The notes below the pieces were generated by a model, which saw only the letters and a list, made by a program, of their open reading frames with translations, was not told the origin of the DNA and did no database searches. The position numbers and the translations under genes were made by a program. A DNA stretch of 64,000 bases, taken from NCBI GenBank assembly GCA_944320495.1, contig CALUHR010000003.1:64001-128000 (forward strand). Direction: 5' to 3'. Source of the stretch: Candidatus Methanomethylophilaceae archaeon (GTDB lineage: Archaea > Thermoplasmatota > Thermoplasmata > Methanomassiliicoccales > Methanomethylophilaceae). Positions 52,074-61,648 of this stretch are shown one piece after another (the stretch's first letter is position 1; each line of letters starts with the position of its first letter).

Positions 52074-53339
52074 ATGGCCAGGAAACAGAAGGAGACTTCC
52101 AGGGAACCGTCCAAGGAGTACATCTGCCCGTACTGCTTCGCCAAGGTGGACCTGTCGCAGGTCCACTACATCTGCTCGGGACAGACCTGCGCGAGGACCT
52201 TCGCCGCCACAGCGTCCAGCACCAGGAGCGCGGACGCCGCGAAGTACGTCACCGCGGACGGCCAGAACGAGATAGACTACGAGAAGAGCCTGTTCTACGG
52301 GAGGGACCCACGCGGACCCCAGGCCGTGATCGCAAAGAACCACATCATCAGGAACTCCTCCGGGGTCTGCGACGTGTGCAGGCGCCCGGTGTACACCCGC
52401 GTGTGCCCCGTGTGCCACAACCCCATACCTCCCGGCGCCGAGGAGGAGGGCAACAAGATCTTCGTCATCCTCGGACCCAAGAGCGTTGGCAAGAGCCATT
52501 ACATCGCGGTCCTGATCAACCAGCTCAAGAACTACGTCTCGACGGAGTTCAACGGCGTCCTCAACGCCGCCACTGACAAGACCACCCTGAAGTACCGCGA
52601 CATGTACTACAGGCGCCTCTTCGAGGAGAAGCGCAAGCTCCCGGCCACCAAGTCATACGATGTCTCAGACGACAGCAGGGAGCCTCTGATCTACTACCTG
52701 AGGCTGTTCGACTCCGAACGCCCGAAGGTCTTCACCTTCGCGTTCTTCGACACCGCGGGAGAGGACCTTGTGTCCTCCGACAAGATGATGTCCCTGAGCA
52801 TCAACTCGTTCATCTCCAAGGCCGCGGGCATAGTCTACCTGGTGGACCCGCTCCAGATCCGCTACATCAACCAGAGGATCCATGTCGACGGGAAGCCGCC
52901 GGTGGGACCCGACGTGTCGGATGTCCTGAACAACATCTGCCAGATAATCAGGACCAACAACAAGCTCAGCCCCAAGGCCAAGATCGACATCCCACTCGCC
53001 GTCGTCCTGACGAAGGCGGATGTCCTGCTCAAGAACCCCGAGGACGAGGAGGAGGACAAGGTGCTGTTCGGACAGTGCTCGTCCATCCACATCCCCAGGG
53101 AGCACGGGAAGGTCGACAACGAGAACTTCGAGCAGATCGACGCCGAGCTGACCGAGTACCTGCACAGGTGCCTCGGCGACAACTTCATCCAGACCGTGGG
53201 AGGCTTCGAGGACCACTGCTACTTCGCCGTGTCCGCCCTCGGATGCAATCCCGTGGGGAGCAGCCTGCCCAGGGGCGTAACGCCCATGAGGGTGGAGGAC
53301 CCGTTCATCTGGCTGCTCAGCAAGGAGGGACTCCAGTGA
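52074..53339 (+). CDS. TRAFAC-class GTPase with N-terminal Zn-binding region (double-GTPase/DO-GTPase-like)
   Basis: CPYC...CDVC..CPVC; G1 GPKSVGKS, G3 DTAGE, G4 TKAD, G5 VSALG. Confidence 0.82.
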   Translation: MARKQKETSREPSKEYICPYCFAKVDLSQVHYICSGQTCARTFAATASSTRSADAAKYVTADGQNEIDYEKSLFYGRDPRGPQAVIAKNHIIRNSSGVCDVCRRPVYTRVCPVCHNPIPPGAEEEGNKIFVILGPKSVGKSHYIAVLINQLKNYVSTEFNGVLNAATDKTTLKYRDMYYRRLFEEKRKLPATKSYDVSDDSREPLIYYLRLFDSERPKVFTFAFFDTAGEDLVSSDKMMSLSINSFISKAAGIVYLVDPLQIRYINQRIHVDGKPPVGPDVSDVLNNICQIIRTNNKLSPKAKIDIPLAVVLTKADVLLKNPEDEEEDKVLFGQCSSIHIPREHGKVDNENFEQIDAELTEYLHRCLGDNFIQTVGGFEDHCYFAVSALGCNPVGSSLPRGVTPMRVEDPFIWLLSKEGLQ

Positions 53340-54157
53340 ACGATAACACCAACAACCGTCTCAAGAACTTCCTGATCTACGGGCCGCAGGTGCCCCTCCC
53401 GAGGGAGAGCCCCGAGCCTGAGACCGTCATCACGGAGGAGACCTCCATGGAGCAGGCCGAGATGCCCGTCCGCGAGGAGGTCCCGGCCCAAGCGCCGGAG
53501 GCCCCCGCCTTCGACGGCGCCGTCCTCGAGTCCCTGGAGTCGCAGCTCGCGGAGATCCGCGGGATGCTCGAGGAGCTCGGCTCCCGCCCGACGGTCCCGG
53601 ACCTGACTCCCTACATGACCACTAGGGAGCAGCAGAAGGCCCTCTCGGCCACTATCTCCAAGATCGAGACCTCATCGAGCAACAAATCCCTGGTCAAGGC
53701 CATGGAGCAGATCAGCACCATGAGGGAGGACTTCCTGAGGCTATGCAAGGACATGCGCCCCCGCATCTCGGAGATGGACCCGGAGATGGTCCTCTCGAGC
53801 TTCGAGGCGTACTGCGTCGACATGGAGAACATCCTGACGGACGTCGGAGTCTACATCGGGAGGTTCGAGTTCGACAAGCTCAACACACTCCACCAGCGTA
53901 TCGTCGGTGTCGTGCCGACCGGCGAGAAGGAGAAGGACGGCACTATAGCCGAGAGGCAGTCCGACGGTTACAAGCTGGGCGACAAGGTCCTCCTCAAGGA
54001 GAGGGTCTCTGTCTACAAGTACGATCCAAGCTTTGGCACTCCGGATGCCCCAGAGGTAGAAACCCCTTCAGAAACCGCAGAAACCGCTTCCGAAACGTCT
54101 TGCGATGGCGGGGACGGCCCCGAAGGCTCGCCCGTCACAACGGAGGAAAAGGAATGA
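53336..54157 (+). CDS. GrpE-like nucleotide exchange factor
   Basis: GTGA overlap. Coiled-coil N-terminus, then LNTLHQRIVGVVPT...DGTIAERQSDGYKLGDKVLLKERVSVY, which matches the GrpE C-terminal pattern. Confidence 0.75.
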   Translation: MNDNTNNRLKNFLIYGPQVPLPRESPEPETVITEETSMEQAEMPVREEVPAQAPEAPAFDGAVLESLESQLAEIRGMLEELGSRPTVPDLTPYMTTREQQKALSATISKIETSSSNKSLVKAMEQISTMREDFLRLCKDMRPRISEMDPEMVLSSFEAYCVDMENILTDVGVYIGRFEFDKLNTLHQRIVGVVPTGEKEKDGTIAERQSDGYKLGDKVLLKERVSVYKYDPSFGTPDAPEVETPSETAETASETSCDGGDGPEGSPVTTEEKE

Positions 54158-55719
54158 CAGACTATAGCATCGGCATAGACCTGGGCACGACCTACTCGTG
54201 CCTTGCCTATATCGACGAGGATGGGGACCCGGTCGTTGAGAAGAACTTCGAGCAGGAGGACACAACGCCGTCCGTCATCCTATTCAACGAGAACGGGGAG
54301 ATCATCGTCGGATCCCCCGCCAAAGACATGGCAATGATGTATCCCCCCGAGAGGGTCATCACCTCGATCAAGAGGCAGATGGGAACCGACTACGAGGTGG
54401 ACATCGACGGGGAGAAGTACAACCCCATCATGCTGTCCGCGGTCATCCTCAGGAAGATGATCAACGACTTCAACGAGAACCACGGATGCGACGTCAAGAG
54501 GGCCGTCATCACCTGCCCCGCCTACTTCGGACAGAACGAGAGGGACACCACCAAGACCGCCGGCACCATCGCCGGACTCGACGACGTCACCGTGATCAAC
54601 GAGCCCACCGCCGCCGCCATCTCCTTCGGATTCGGCAACGCCGGCGAGGGCAAGAAGAGGGTCCTCGTATACGACCTCGGAGGAGGAACCTTCGATGTAA
54701 CCATCCTCGAGATCGACGGCACCGCGTTCACCGCCGTCGCCACCGACGGAGAGAGGCTCCTGGGAGGAAAGGACTGGGACGCGGCCATCTCCAAGATCAT
54801 CAAGGAGAAGGTCGCAGAGGAGATCGGCGTCGACGTCGAGTCCATCGACGAGGACGAGGAGGTCAGGCAGGCCCTGATCAACGACTCCGAGACCATCAAG
54901 AAGAGGCTCTCCACCGCCGAGTCCACCAAGGGAACCCTCACCGTCAACGGTCAGAAGGTGGTCTTCACCGTCACCAGGGACGAGTTCGAGGCCGCCTCCG
55001 CCAGCCTGATCCAGACCACAGTCGAGATCATCGAGCGCGTCCTCGCGTCCAAGGAGTTCGCGATGTCCGACATCGACGACGTCATCCTCGTCGGTGGATC
55101 CTCCAGGATGCCCCAGGTCAAGAACGCCATCGCCGCCAAGTGGCCCGACGCCCAGATCAAGGTCTTCGACCCCGACCAGTCCGTCGCCAAGGGTGCCGCC
55201 ATCTTCGCGCAGTCCAACGCCGCCGAGCCCGTCGTCAACCCCACCACCGGGGCCGTCGAGCCTCCCGCGGAGGGTGTCCTGAGCGTCCACAACGTCCTGA
55301 GCAAGACCTTCGGAATCAAGGCCATGTATGAGGACGGAACCGAGATGATCTCCAACATCATCTTCAGGAACGAGGTCCTGCCCATCGAGTCCGTCAAGAC
55401 CTACTACCCCGTCGATGACGGACAGACCACCATCAAGGTCGAGATTTACGAGGACGCCGCCATGAACAACGAGGAGGGCAAGAAGACCGCCGTCATCGAC
55501 GCCGCCCCCGTCGGAGAGTTCATGATGGACCTTCCCTCGCAGGTCACCAAGAACACCCCGATCACCGTGAAGTTCACCGCCACCGACGAGGGTATCCTCA
55601 TCGCCTCGGTCGACTGCATGGACCAGCACACCGACTATCAGATCGAGAACGACCTGAAGATGTCCGCCGACGACATCGCCAAGTCCCAGGGTCTGATGGA
55701 GAAGGTTACCAACGCCTGA
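54154..55719 (+). CDS. Second Hsp70/DnaK-family protein (521 aa, lacks the helical lid)
   Basis: GIDLGTTYS, TCPAYF, INEPTAAA, YDLGGGTFD, LVGGSSRMP. ATGA overlap. Confidence 0.9.
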   Translation: MTDYSIGIDLGTTYSCLAYIDEDGDPVVEKNFEQEDTTPSVILFNENGEIIVGSPAKDMAMMYPPERVITSIKRQMGTDYEVDIDGEKYNPIMLSAVILRKMINDFNENHGCDVKRAVITCPAYFGQNERDTTKTAGTIAGLDDVTVINEPTAAAISFGFGNAGEGKKRVLVYDLGGGTFDVTILEIDGTAFTAVATDGERLLGGKDWDAAISKIIKEKVAEEIGVDVESIDEDEEVRQALINDSETIKKRLSTAESTKGTLTVNGQKVVFTVTRDEFEAASASLIQTTVEIIERVLASKEFAMSDIDDVILVGGSSRMPQVKNAIAAKWPDAQIKVFDPDQSVAKGAAIFAQSNAAEPVVNPTTGAVEPPAEGVLSVHNVLSKTFGIKAMYEDGTEMISNIIFRNEVLPIESVKTYYPVDDGQTTIKVEIYEDAAMNNEEGKKTAVIDAAPVGEFMMDLPSQVTKNTPITVKFTATDEGILIASVDCMDQHTDYQIENDLKMSADDIAKSQGLMEKVTNA

Positions 55720-55725
55720 TCATCC

Positions 55726-55774
55726 CCGGGCCTTCGGGCCCGGCAAACACCTTACCCGGACGAAGACGTCCGGG
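55726..55774 (+). terminator. Two tandem stem-loops after the Hsp70 operon
   Basis: ccgggcc-TTCG-ggcccgg (55726-55743) and cccggacg-aaga-cgtccggg (55755-55774). Confidence 0.55.
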
Positions 55775-56220
55775 ACACATCTTTTGATAATTCATGACTG
55801 CAAGGCCGCATCCGAAGATCCGAGGCCATGGATCGTGATCGACACTGATGCCGGATTGTTCCGAATTCGGTTGAAACAATCCTTGGTGGAGGGTGACAGC
55901 CGACCGGGAACCCGCTGATGAGGCGGGTCCTTCAGACGGTGATAAGATGATGGGCTTTTTTGAAGCCTAATACCGATCGGCCGTCTGGCACTGTATCGAA
56001 CTGTGGTATAAGAACTTCATTCTGAGGTGTCGACAACGATTACGAAGAAACTCGGAAACCTTGAATAATGAGGACGATAACTGGTATAGTTCTATCCATA
56101 TTGACCACATTATGGACTATGTTTTGAGGGGTTCAGACCTTCGCCGGGATTTGTCTGGCACATGCTGATTCAAACATCAATGAGCCCAACGAGGCCATCT
56201 TACATCCGAGAATGGGTCGA

Positions 56221-56628
56221 TCACTCGGAGCTGCCGGATACGACGATGACGGTGCAGTTGGCGTTCTTGACCACATACGTGGAGACACTGCCCATCAGAA
56301 GCCTGTCCAGGGACGATCTGTTGGACTTTCCGACGATGATGGTGTCACAATCATACCTGTCTGCGACATCCAGGACGGTCTCATCCGGCCTGCCAGTCAT
56401 GATGATCGTATGGGCCAACGCTCCGGCATCTACGGCCATGTCGCGGGCGTTCTCCATGTACTGGCGGATGCTCTCATCGACATCGTCTGGGTCGACCTGA
56501 TCCTCCTTGACAACGGTGAGGATGTAGAGCGGCTGCTCGTACCTCACAGAGTGCTCTATGGCGTAATCCAGCGCACGCTGGCTCATAGGCTTCCCATCAT
56601 ATGCCAGAAGGATGGACATCGCCGACAA
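56221..56628 (-). CDS. Universal stress protein
   Basis: ILLAYDG...ALDYA...G.PDETVL..A..YDCDTIIVG...LLMGSVSTYVVKNANCTVIVV. Confidence 0.92.
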   Translation of the reverse strand: MSAMSILLAYDGKPMSQRALDYAIEHSVRYEQPLYILTVVKEDQVDPDDVDESIRQYMENARDMAVDAGALAHTIIMTGRPDETVLDVADRYDCDTIIVGKSNRSSLDRLLMGSVSTYVVKNANCTVIVVSGSSE

Positions 56629-56726
56629 TATCCCATCACGCGAATAAAATCATTCGCACAAATGTGCCAGTAGTCATAAAAGTGCCCGACGGGCATTGCC
56701 CGTCGGTAAGGGGTTTAGAGAAAGAC

Positions 56727-58130
56727 TCAGAGCCCGTAGTTCTTGGGGTTGTACCTGGGAACGGACTCCTGGAACTCCTTGGTGCAGTACTCGACGAACT
56801 TGTCGGTGTCGTCGGGGAGCTCCTCGAGCTTCTTGATGATGTCGTTGAGGACCTCGAGCTGCTTGTTGGTGAGAGCGAGCTCCTTGGAGTCGTATCCCTG
56901 CTTGAGGATCTTGGCACCGCAGAGACCAGCGGCCTTGGCCCTCATGTAGAGGTCGTTGCCGTTCTCGGCGATGGCCTGTCCGATCATGTAAGCGTGGTCG
57001 TAGGCGAGCACGTAGGCCTCGGGGCCTCTGAACCTGTCGGAGTACATGTACAGGTCCCTGAGGGTCTTCTCCTGTCCCAGCTGGATAGCGGTGTTCATCA
57101 GGGAAGCCTCGTATCCGAGGGAACCGGCCCAGCACTGGACGGAGGTTCCTCCGAACTCGGGGTGGTACTCGACGGACTCGTTGGACCAGAGGTCGCAGCA
57201 CTGGGCGATCAGGTTACCCTGGAGGTCGCAATGGGCACACTGGCAGTTCTTACCCTCCTGAGCGGTGGGCTTTCCGGTGATAGCCTTGACGATGGGTCCC
57301 TCGTATCCGCAGTCCTTGTCAGGTCCGACGGCGCCGGCCTCGCAAGCGGCGAGGGTCCTGGCGGCGGAGATGCACCTGGTGACAGCGGAGAAGGTCCTCT
57401 GGACGTCGTTGTCGAGGTATCCACCGGCCATGAACATGGCGACGTTAGCTCCCGAGCAGTTGGTGTCTCCTCCGGGGATGGTCTTGTGCTTCTTGCAGAT
57501 GTCGACGCACTGCTCCCAGATGTAGGTCATGTCGATGGCACCGAGGTATCCGACACCGAAGAGGAAGGCGACGATGTCACCGTTGGTGACGGCGTAGTCG
57601 GCGAACTCTTTTCCTCCGACGGACTCGACGGAGAAGACATCGGCACCGTTCTCGCAGGCGAACTCGGCGCACTCGAAGAACTTGTGGGCGTAGGCGTGCT
57701 CGGACTTGTCGACCTCGGGCCTGAGTCCCTCGTCAGCCTCACGCTGGTCGGGGATGGTCTGCCTGACGGCGCAGTTCAGTCCGTACTCCTCGTGGAACTT
57801 CTCGCAGATGGCCTTCTGACCGGCGACGACGGGGGCGCACAGCTTCTCCTGGTTCATCTGGGAGACCCACTCGGTCTCGAGCTGGACGTTGGGGAATCCG
57901 GCGGTGACACACCTGTTGAGGATGTCCTTGGAGATGTAGTCGACGTACTCCTTCCTCAGCTTCTCGGGATCCTTCTCGGTTCCGGGCCTGGGGGCGTAGT
58001 TGACCTCGGGGATAACGTATCCGGCTCCGACCTTCAGTCCGAAGCCGTAGGACACGGGGTGCTGGGACGATCCGAAGATCATGTCGTCAGCGTTCTCATA
58101 AGCCATTTTGGTGCATCTAGTAACTGCCAT
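56727..58130 (-). CDS. mtaB: Methanol:corrinoid methyltransferase, copy 1
   Basis: VGAGYVIPEVNYAPRPG, SVESVGGKE, GGDTNC, GPDKDCGYEG, EGKNCQCAHCD, LWSNESVE. Confidence 0.93.
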   Translation of the reverse strand: MAVTRCTKMAYENADDMIFGSSQHPVSYGFGLKVGAGYVIPEVNYAPRPGTEKDPEKLRKEYVDYISKDILNRCVTAGFPNVQLETEWVSQMNQEKLCAPVVAGQKAICEKFHEEYGLNCAVRQTIPDQREADEGLRPEVDKSEHAYAHKFFECAEFACENGADVFSVESVGGKEFADYAVTNGDIVAFLFGVGYLGAIDMTYIWEQCVDICKKHKTIPGGDTNCSGANVAMFMAGGYLDNDVQRTFSAVTRCISAARTLAACEAGAVGPDKDCGYEGPIVKAITGKPTAQEGKNCQCAHCDLQGNLIAQCCDLWSNESVEYHPEFGGTSVQCWAGSLGYEASLMNTAIQLGQEKTLRDLYMYSDRFRGPEAYVLAYDHAYMIGQAIAENGNDLYMRAKAAGLCGAKILKQGYDSKELALTNKQLEVLNDIIKKLEELPDDTDKFVEYCTKEFQESVPRYNPKNYGL

Positions 58131-58136
58131 TCTACC

Positions 58137-58919
58137 TCACTCTCCGTTGACGATGTTGTCCCACTCATCCCTGATCTTCTTCCAGTCATAGCCGTCGAGC
58201 AGCTTCTGGGCGATCAGAGGGGTCTGGGGGGCCTTCTCGGAGTAGATTCCGAGGTCGTAGGAGTTGGCGAACTCCCTGTTGACGGCGCCTCCGCATCCCA
58301 TGACAGGGGTGTTGTATCCCTTCTCCTGGAGGATCTTGGCCTCGGCGGGGAAGGCGGTCATGGTGGTGGTCATCAGAGCGGTTCCGGAGATGAAGAGGGG
58401 CTTGACCTCCTCGACCTTGGCGACGGCGTCGACGATCGGGACGTCGCGTCCCATGTCGATGACGTTGTATCCGGAAGCCCTCATCATGACGGCGGCGATG
58501 TTCTTTCCGATGTCGTGGGGGTCTCCCTCGGCGGCGTGCATGACGACGGTGGCCTTGGGGGTGAGTCCTCCGGGGACCTGCTTCTCGGCGAGAGCGATTC
58601 CGATCTCCATGGTCTTGGCGGCCATCATGATCTCGGGCAGGTAGTAGACGTGCTCCGCATACAGCTTGGCGACGACTTCCATTCCAGCAACAAGACCGTT
58701 GTTGATGATGTCGAGGGGGTCCCTCTCCTTCAGGGCCTGCATGACGGTGGGCCCGACGGTCTTGAACCTCATGTACATGACCTCCTCAGCGACCTTGTGG
58801 AAAACAGGGTCGGTCGGGAGGAGCTTCTTCGCCATCTCCTCAGGCGTGACCTCGACCTGCATGTCGACGTCGTAGCGCTTGAGGACTTTGCTGAAGTCTG
58901 CACCTTCGCAACTAAGCAT
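58137..58919 (-). CDS. mtaC: Methanol corrinoid protein, copy 1
   Basis: EGDPHDIGKNI (B12 His ligand), GTALMTTTM, GGAVN. Confidence 0.92.
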   Translation of the reverse strand: MLSCEGADFSKVLKRYDVDMQVEVTPEEMAKKLLPTDPVFHKVAEEVMYMRFKTVGPTVMQALKERDPLDIINNGLVAGMEVVAKLYAEHVYYLPEIMMAAKTMEIGIALAEKQVPGGLTPKATVVMHAAEGDPHDIGKNIAAVMMRASGYNVIDMGRDVPIVDAVAKVEEVKPLFISGTALMTTTMTAFPAEAKILQEKGYNTPVMGCGGAVNREFANSYDLGIYSEKAPQTPLIAQKLLDGYDWKKIRDEWDNIVNGE

Positions 58920-59456
58920 TTTATTCCTCCGCAGGGGAAAAACCCCTACGGAGCGAAGATTCGACAAACAGTATTTTTAGACTTTGTTGGATGTTTGTAA
59001 TATCCATACATTAATTGGATGCAATTTATAAATTAACACCGTTTAAAATAATCCAACATCTGGGTTAACTAATTCATATATATTCATTTTCAAAGATTGG
59101 AAGTTCATACATCCAATGAATCGAGTTCGGATGTAGACGAATGAGCCACGTTTTCACTCATAATGAGATGATTAATGGGAAAGAGTGCTGTTAATAATCG
59201 CAACATTTCCGCAGAAACACAAGATGACGATGGACGAATCGCTCATTTCCTCAGATTTCGAGCCGAATCCCACGATTAACTGGGTCTGATCCAGCAATAT
59301 TCCTGATTGTATAATTATGCGAGAATTTCAGGCGAGAATTATCCTGAAATTCAAAATTAGTTAACATGGGGCGTTGGATGGAAATCCGCGCCGGAGACGG
59401 AAAAAATAAGAAGGGTGGGGGCCGAAGCCCCCTGGAGGTTTAACTCGAAGTTACGA

Positions 59457-60857
59457 TCAGAGACCGTAGTTCTTCTTGTTGTACAGAGGCACGAGCTCGG
59501 AGTACTTCTTGTCGGCGTACTCGAAGAACTTCGCCTCATCGTCGGGCAGCTCGCCGAGCTCCTTGATGATGGTGTTGAGGACCTCGAGCTGCTTGTTGGT
59601 GAGAGCGAGCTCCTTGTTGTCGTAGCCCCTCTTGATGATCTTGGCGGCGGTCTCTCCTGCGGCCTTGGCCCTCAGGTAGATGTTGTCACCGTTGTCGGCG
59701 ATGGCCTTTCCGATCTCGTAGGCGTTGTCGTAGGCGAGGATGTATCCCTCGGGGCCACGAGCCCTGTCGGAGATCATGTACAGGTCCCTCAGAGTCTTCT
59801 CCTGGCCGCACTGGATGGCGGTGTTCATCAGGGAAGCCTCGTATCCGATGGATCCGAGCCAGCACTGGACGGAGGTTCCTCCGAACTCGGGGTGGTACTC
59901 GACGGACTCGTTGGACCAGAGGTCGCAGCACTGGGCGATCAGGTTACCCTGGAGGTCGCAGTGGGCGCACTGGCAGTTCTTACCCTCCTGGGCAGCGGGC
60001 TTTCCAGTGATGGCCTTGACGATGGGTCCCTCGTATCCGCAGTCCTTGTCGGGTCCGGTGGCACCGCACTCGGGGGCCACAAGGGTCCTGGCAGCGGAGA
60101 TGGCACGGGTCACAGCGGAGAAGGTCCTCTGGACATCGTTGTCGAGGTATCCTCCAGCCATGAACATCGAGGTGTTGGCTCCGGAGCAGTTCGTGTCTCC
60201 TCCAGCGACGACCTTGTTCTTCTTGCAGATGTCGACGAACTGGGACCAGACATACTCCATGTCGATGGATCCGAGGTATCCGACACCGAACAGGAAGGCG
60301 ACAATGTCTCCGTTGGTGACAGCGAAGTCAGCGAGCTCTTTTCCGCCGAGGGTCTCGCAGCTCAGGACATCGGCACCGTTCTCGCAGGCGATCTCGGCGC
60401 AGTTGAACAGAGCCTCGGGGTAGGCGTGCTTTCCGCCCATGCCAGGCCTGTATCCCTCCTCAGCCTCACGCTGGTCGGGGATGGTCTGCCTGACGGCGCA
60501 GTTGATGCCGTACTCCTCGTAGTATTTCTCGCAGATGGCCTTCTGTCCCTCGACGACGGGGGTCGCCATCTTGGGGTTACCCATCTGGGAGACCCACTCG
60601 GTCTCGAGCTGGACATCGGGGAATCCGACGGTGACAGCCCTGTTGAGGATGTCCTTGGAGATGTAGTCGACGTACTCCTTCCTGAGGGACTCGGGGTCCT
60701 TCTCCTTTCCGGGCCTGGGTCCGTAGTTGATCTCAGGGATGACGCGGCCAGCTCCGACTTTCATTCCGAAGCCGTAGGAGATGGGGTATTTGGCGGTTCC
60801 AAAGACCATCTCGTCCGCGTTGCTGTATGCCATCTTGGTGTATCTAGTTGCTGCCAT
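59457..60857 (-). CDS. mtaB: Methanol:corrinoid methyltransferase, copy 2
   Basis: Close paralogue of copy 1 with the same motifs. Confidence 0.93.
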   Translation of the reverse strand: MAATRYTKMAYSNADEMVFGTAKYPISYGFGMKVGAGRVIPEINYGPRPGKEKDPESLRKEYVDYISKDILNRAVTVGFPDVQLETEWVSQMGNPKMATPVVEGQKAICEKYYEEYGINCAVRQTIPDQREAEEGYRPGMGGKHAYPEALFNCAEIACENGADVLSCETLGGKELADFAVTNGDIVAFLFGVGYLGSIDMEYVWSQFVDICKKNKVVAGGDTNCSGANTSMFMAGGYLDNDVQRTFSAVTRAISAARTLVAPECGATGPDKDCGYEGPIVKAITGKPAAQEGKNCQCAHCDLQGNLIAQCCDLWSNESVEYHPEFGGTSVQCWLGSIGYEASLMNTAIQCGQEKTLRDLYMISDRARGPEGYILAYDNAYEIGKAIADNGDNIYLRAKAAGETAAKIIKRGYDNKELALTNKQLEVLNTIIKELGELPDDEAKFFEYADKKYSELVPLYNKKNYGL

Positions 60858-60862
60858 TTTAA

Positions 60863-61648
60863 TCACTCCTCTCCACCGACGATCTGATCCCACTCGTCCC
60901 TGACTCTCTTCCAGTCGTATCCGGCGAGGACCTTGTCCGCAATCGGCGGGGTCTGGGGAGCCTTCTCGGAGTAGATTCCAAGCGGGAAGGACTCGGCGAA
61001 GTCCCTGTTCACAGCGCCTCCGGCGGCCATGAAGGGGATGTTGACGCCATCGGCGACCAGTTTCTCGGCAGCCCTGGGGAAGGCGGTCATGGTGGTGGTC
61101 ATCAGAGCGGTTCCGGTAACCATCAGGGGCTTGACCTCCTCGACCTTGGCGACGACATCGACGACAGCGACGTCCTTACCCATGTCGATGACAGTGTATC
61201 CAGAGGACCTCAGCATGACAGCGGCGATGTTCTTTCCGATGTCGTGGGGGTCTCCCTCGGCAGCGTGCATGACGATGGTAGCTTTGGTCTCCCTTCCGCC
61301 GGGGATCTGCTTCTCGGCGATAGCGATTCCAATCTCCATGGTCTTGGCGGCCATCATGATCTCGGGCAGGTAGTAGATGTGCTCGGCGTACAGCTTGGCG
61401 ACGCACTCCATACCAACGACGAGTCCGTTGTTGATGATGTCAAGGGGCTGCTTGGAGGACAGAGCCTTGGTAGTGACCGGTCCGACTTCCTTGAACTTCA
61501 TGTAGAGGACGCACTCCGCAACCTCCTTAAGAACGGGGTCGGAAGGCAGCATCTTCTTGGCGACGGCCTCAGGGGTGGTCTCGTTCTGAGACTCAACGTC
61601 GTAGCGTTTGAGGATCTTAGCGAAGTCCACCTTCTTGTAGTCAATCAT
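60863..61648 (-). CDS. mtaC: Methanol corrinoid protein, copy 2
   Basis: EGDPHDIGKNI, GTALMTTTM. Confidence 0.92.
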   Translation of the reverse strand: MIDYKKVDFAKILKRYDVESQNETTPEAVAKKMLPSDPVLKEVAECVLYMKFKEVGPVTTKALSSKQPLDIINNGLVVGMECVAKLYAEHIYYLPEIMMAAKTMEIGIAIAEKQIPGGRETKATIVMHAAEGDPHDIGKNIAAVMLRSSGYTVIDMGKDVAVVDVVAKVEEVKPLMVTGTALMTTTMTAFPRAAEKLVADGVNIPFMAAGGAVNRDFAESFPLGIYSEKAPQTPPIADKVLAGYDWKRVRDEWDQIVGGEE

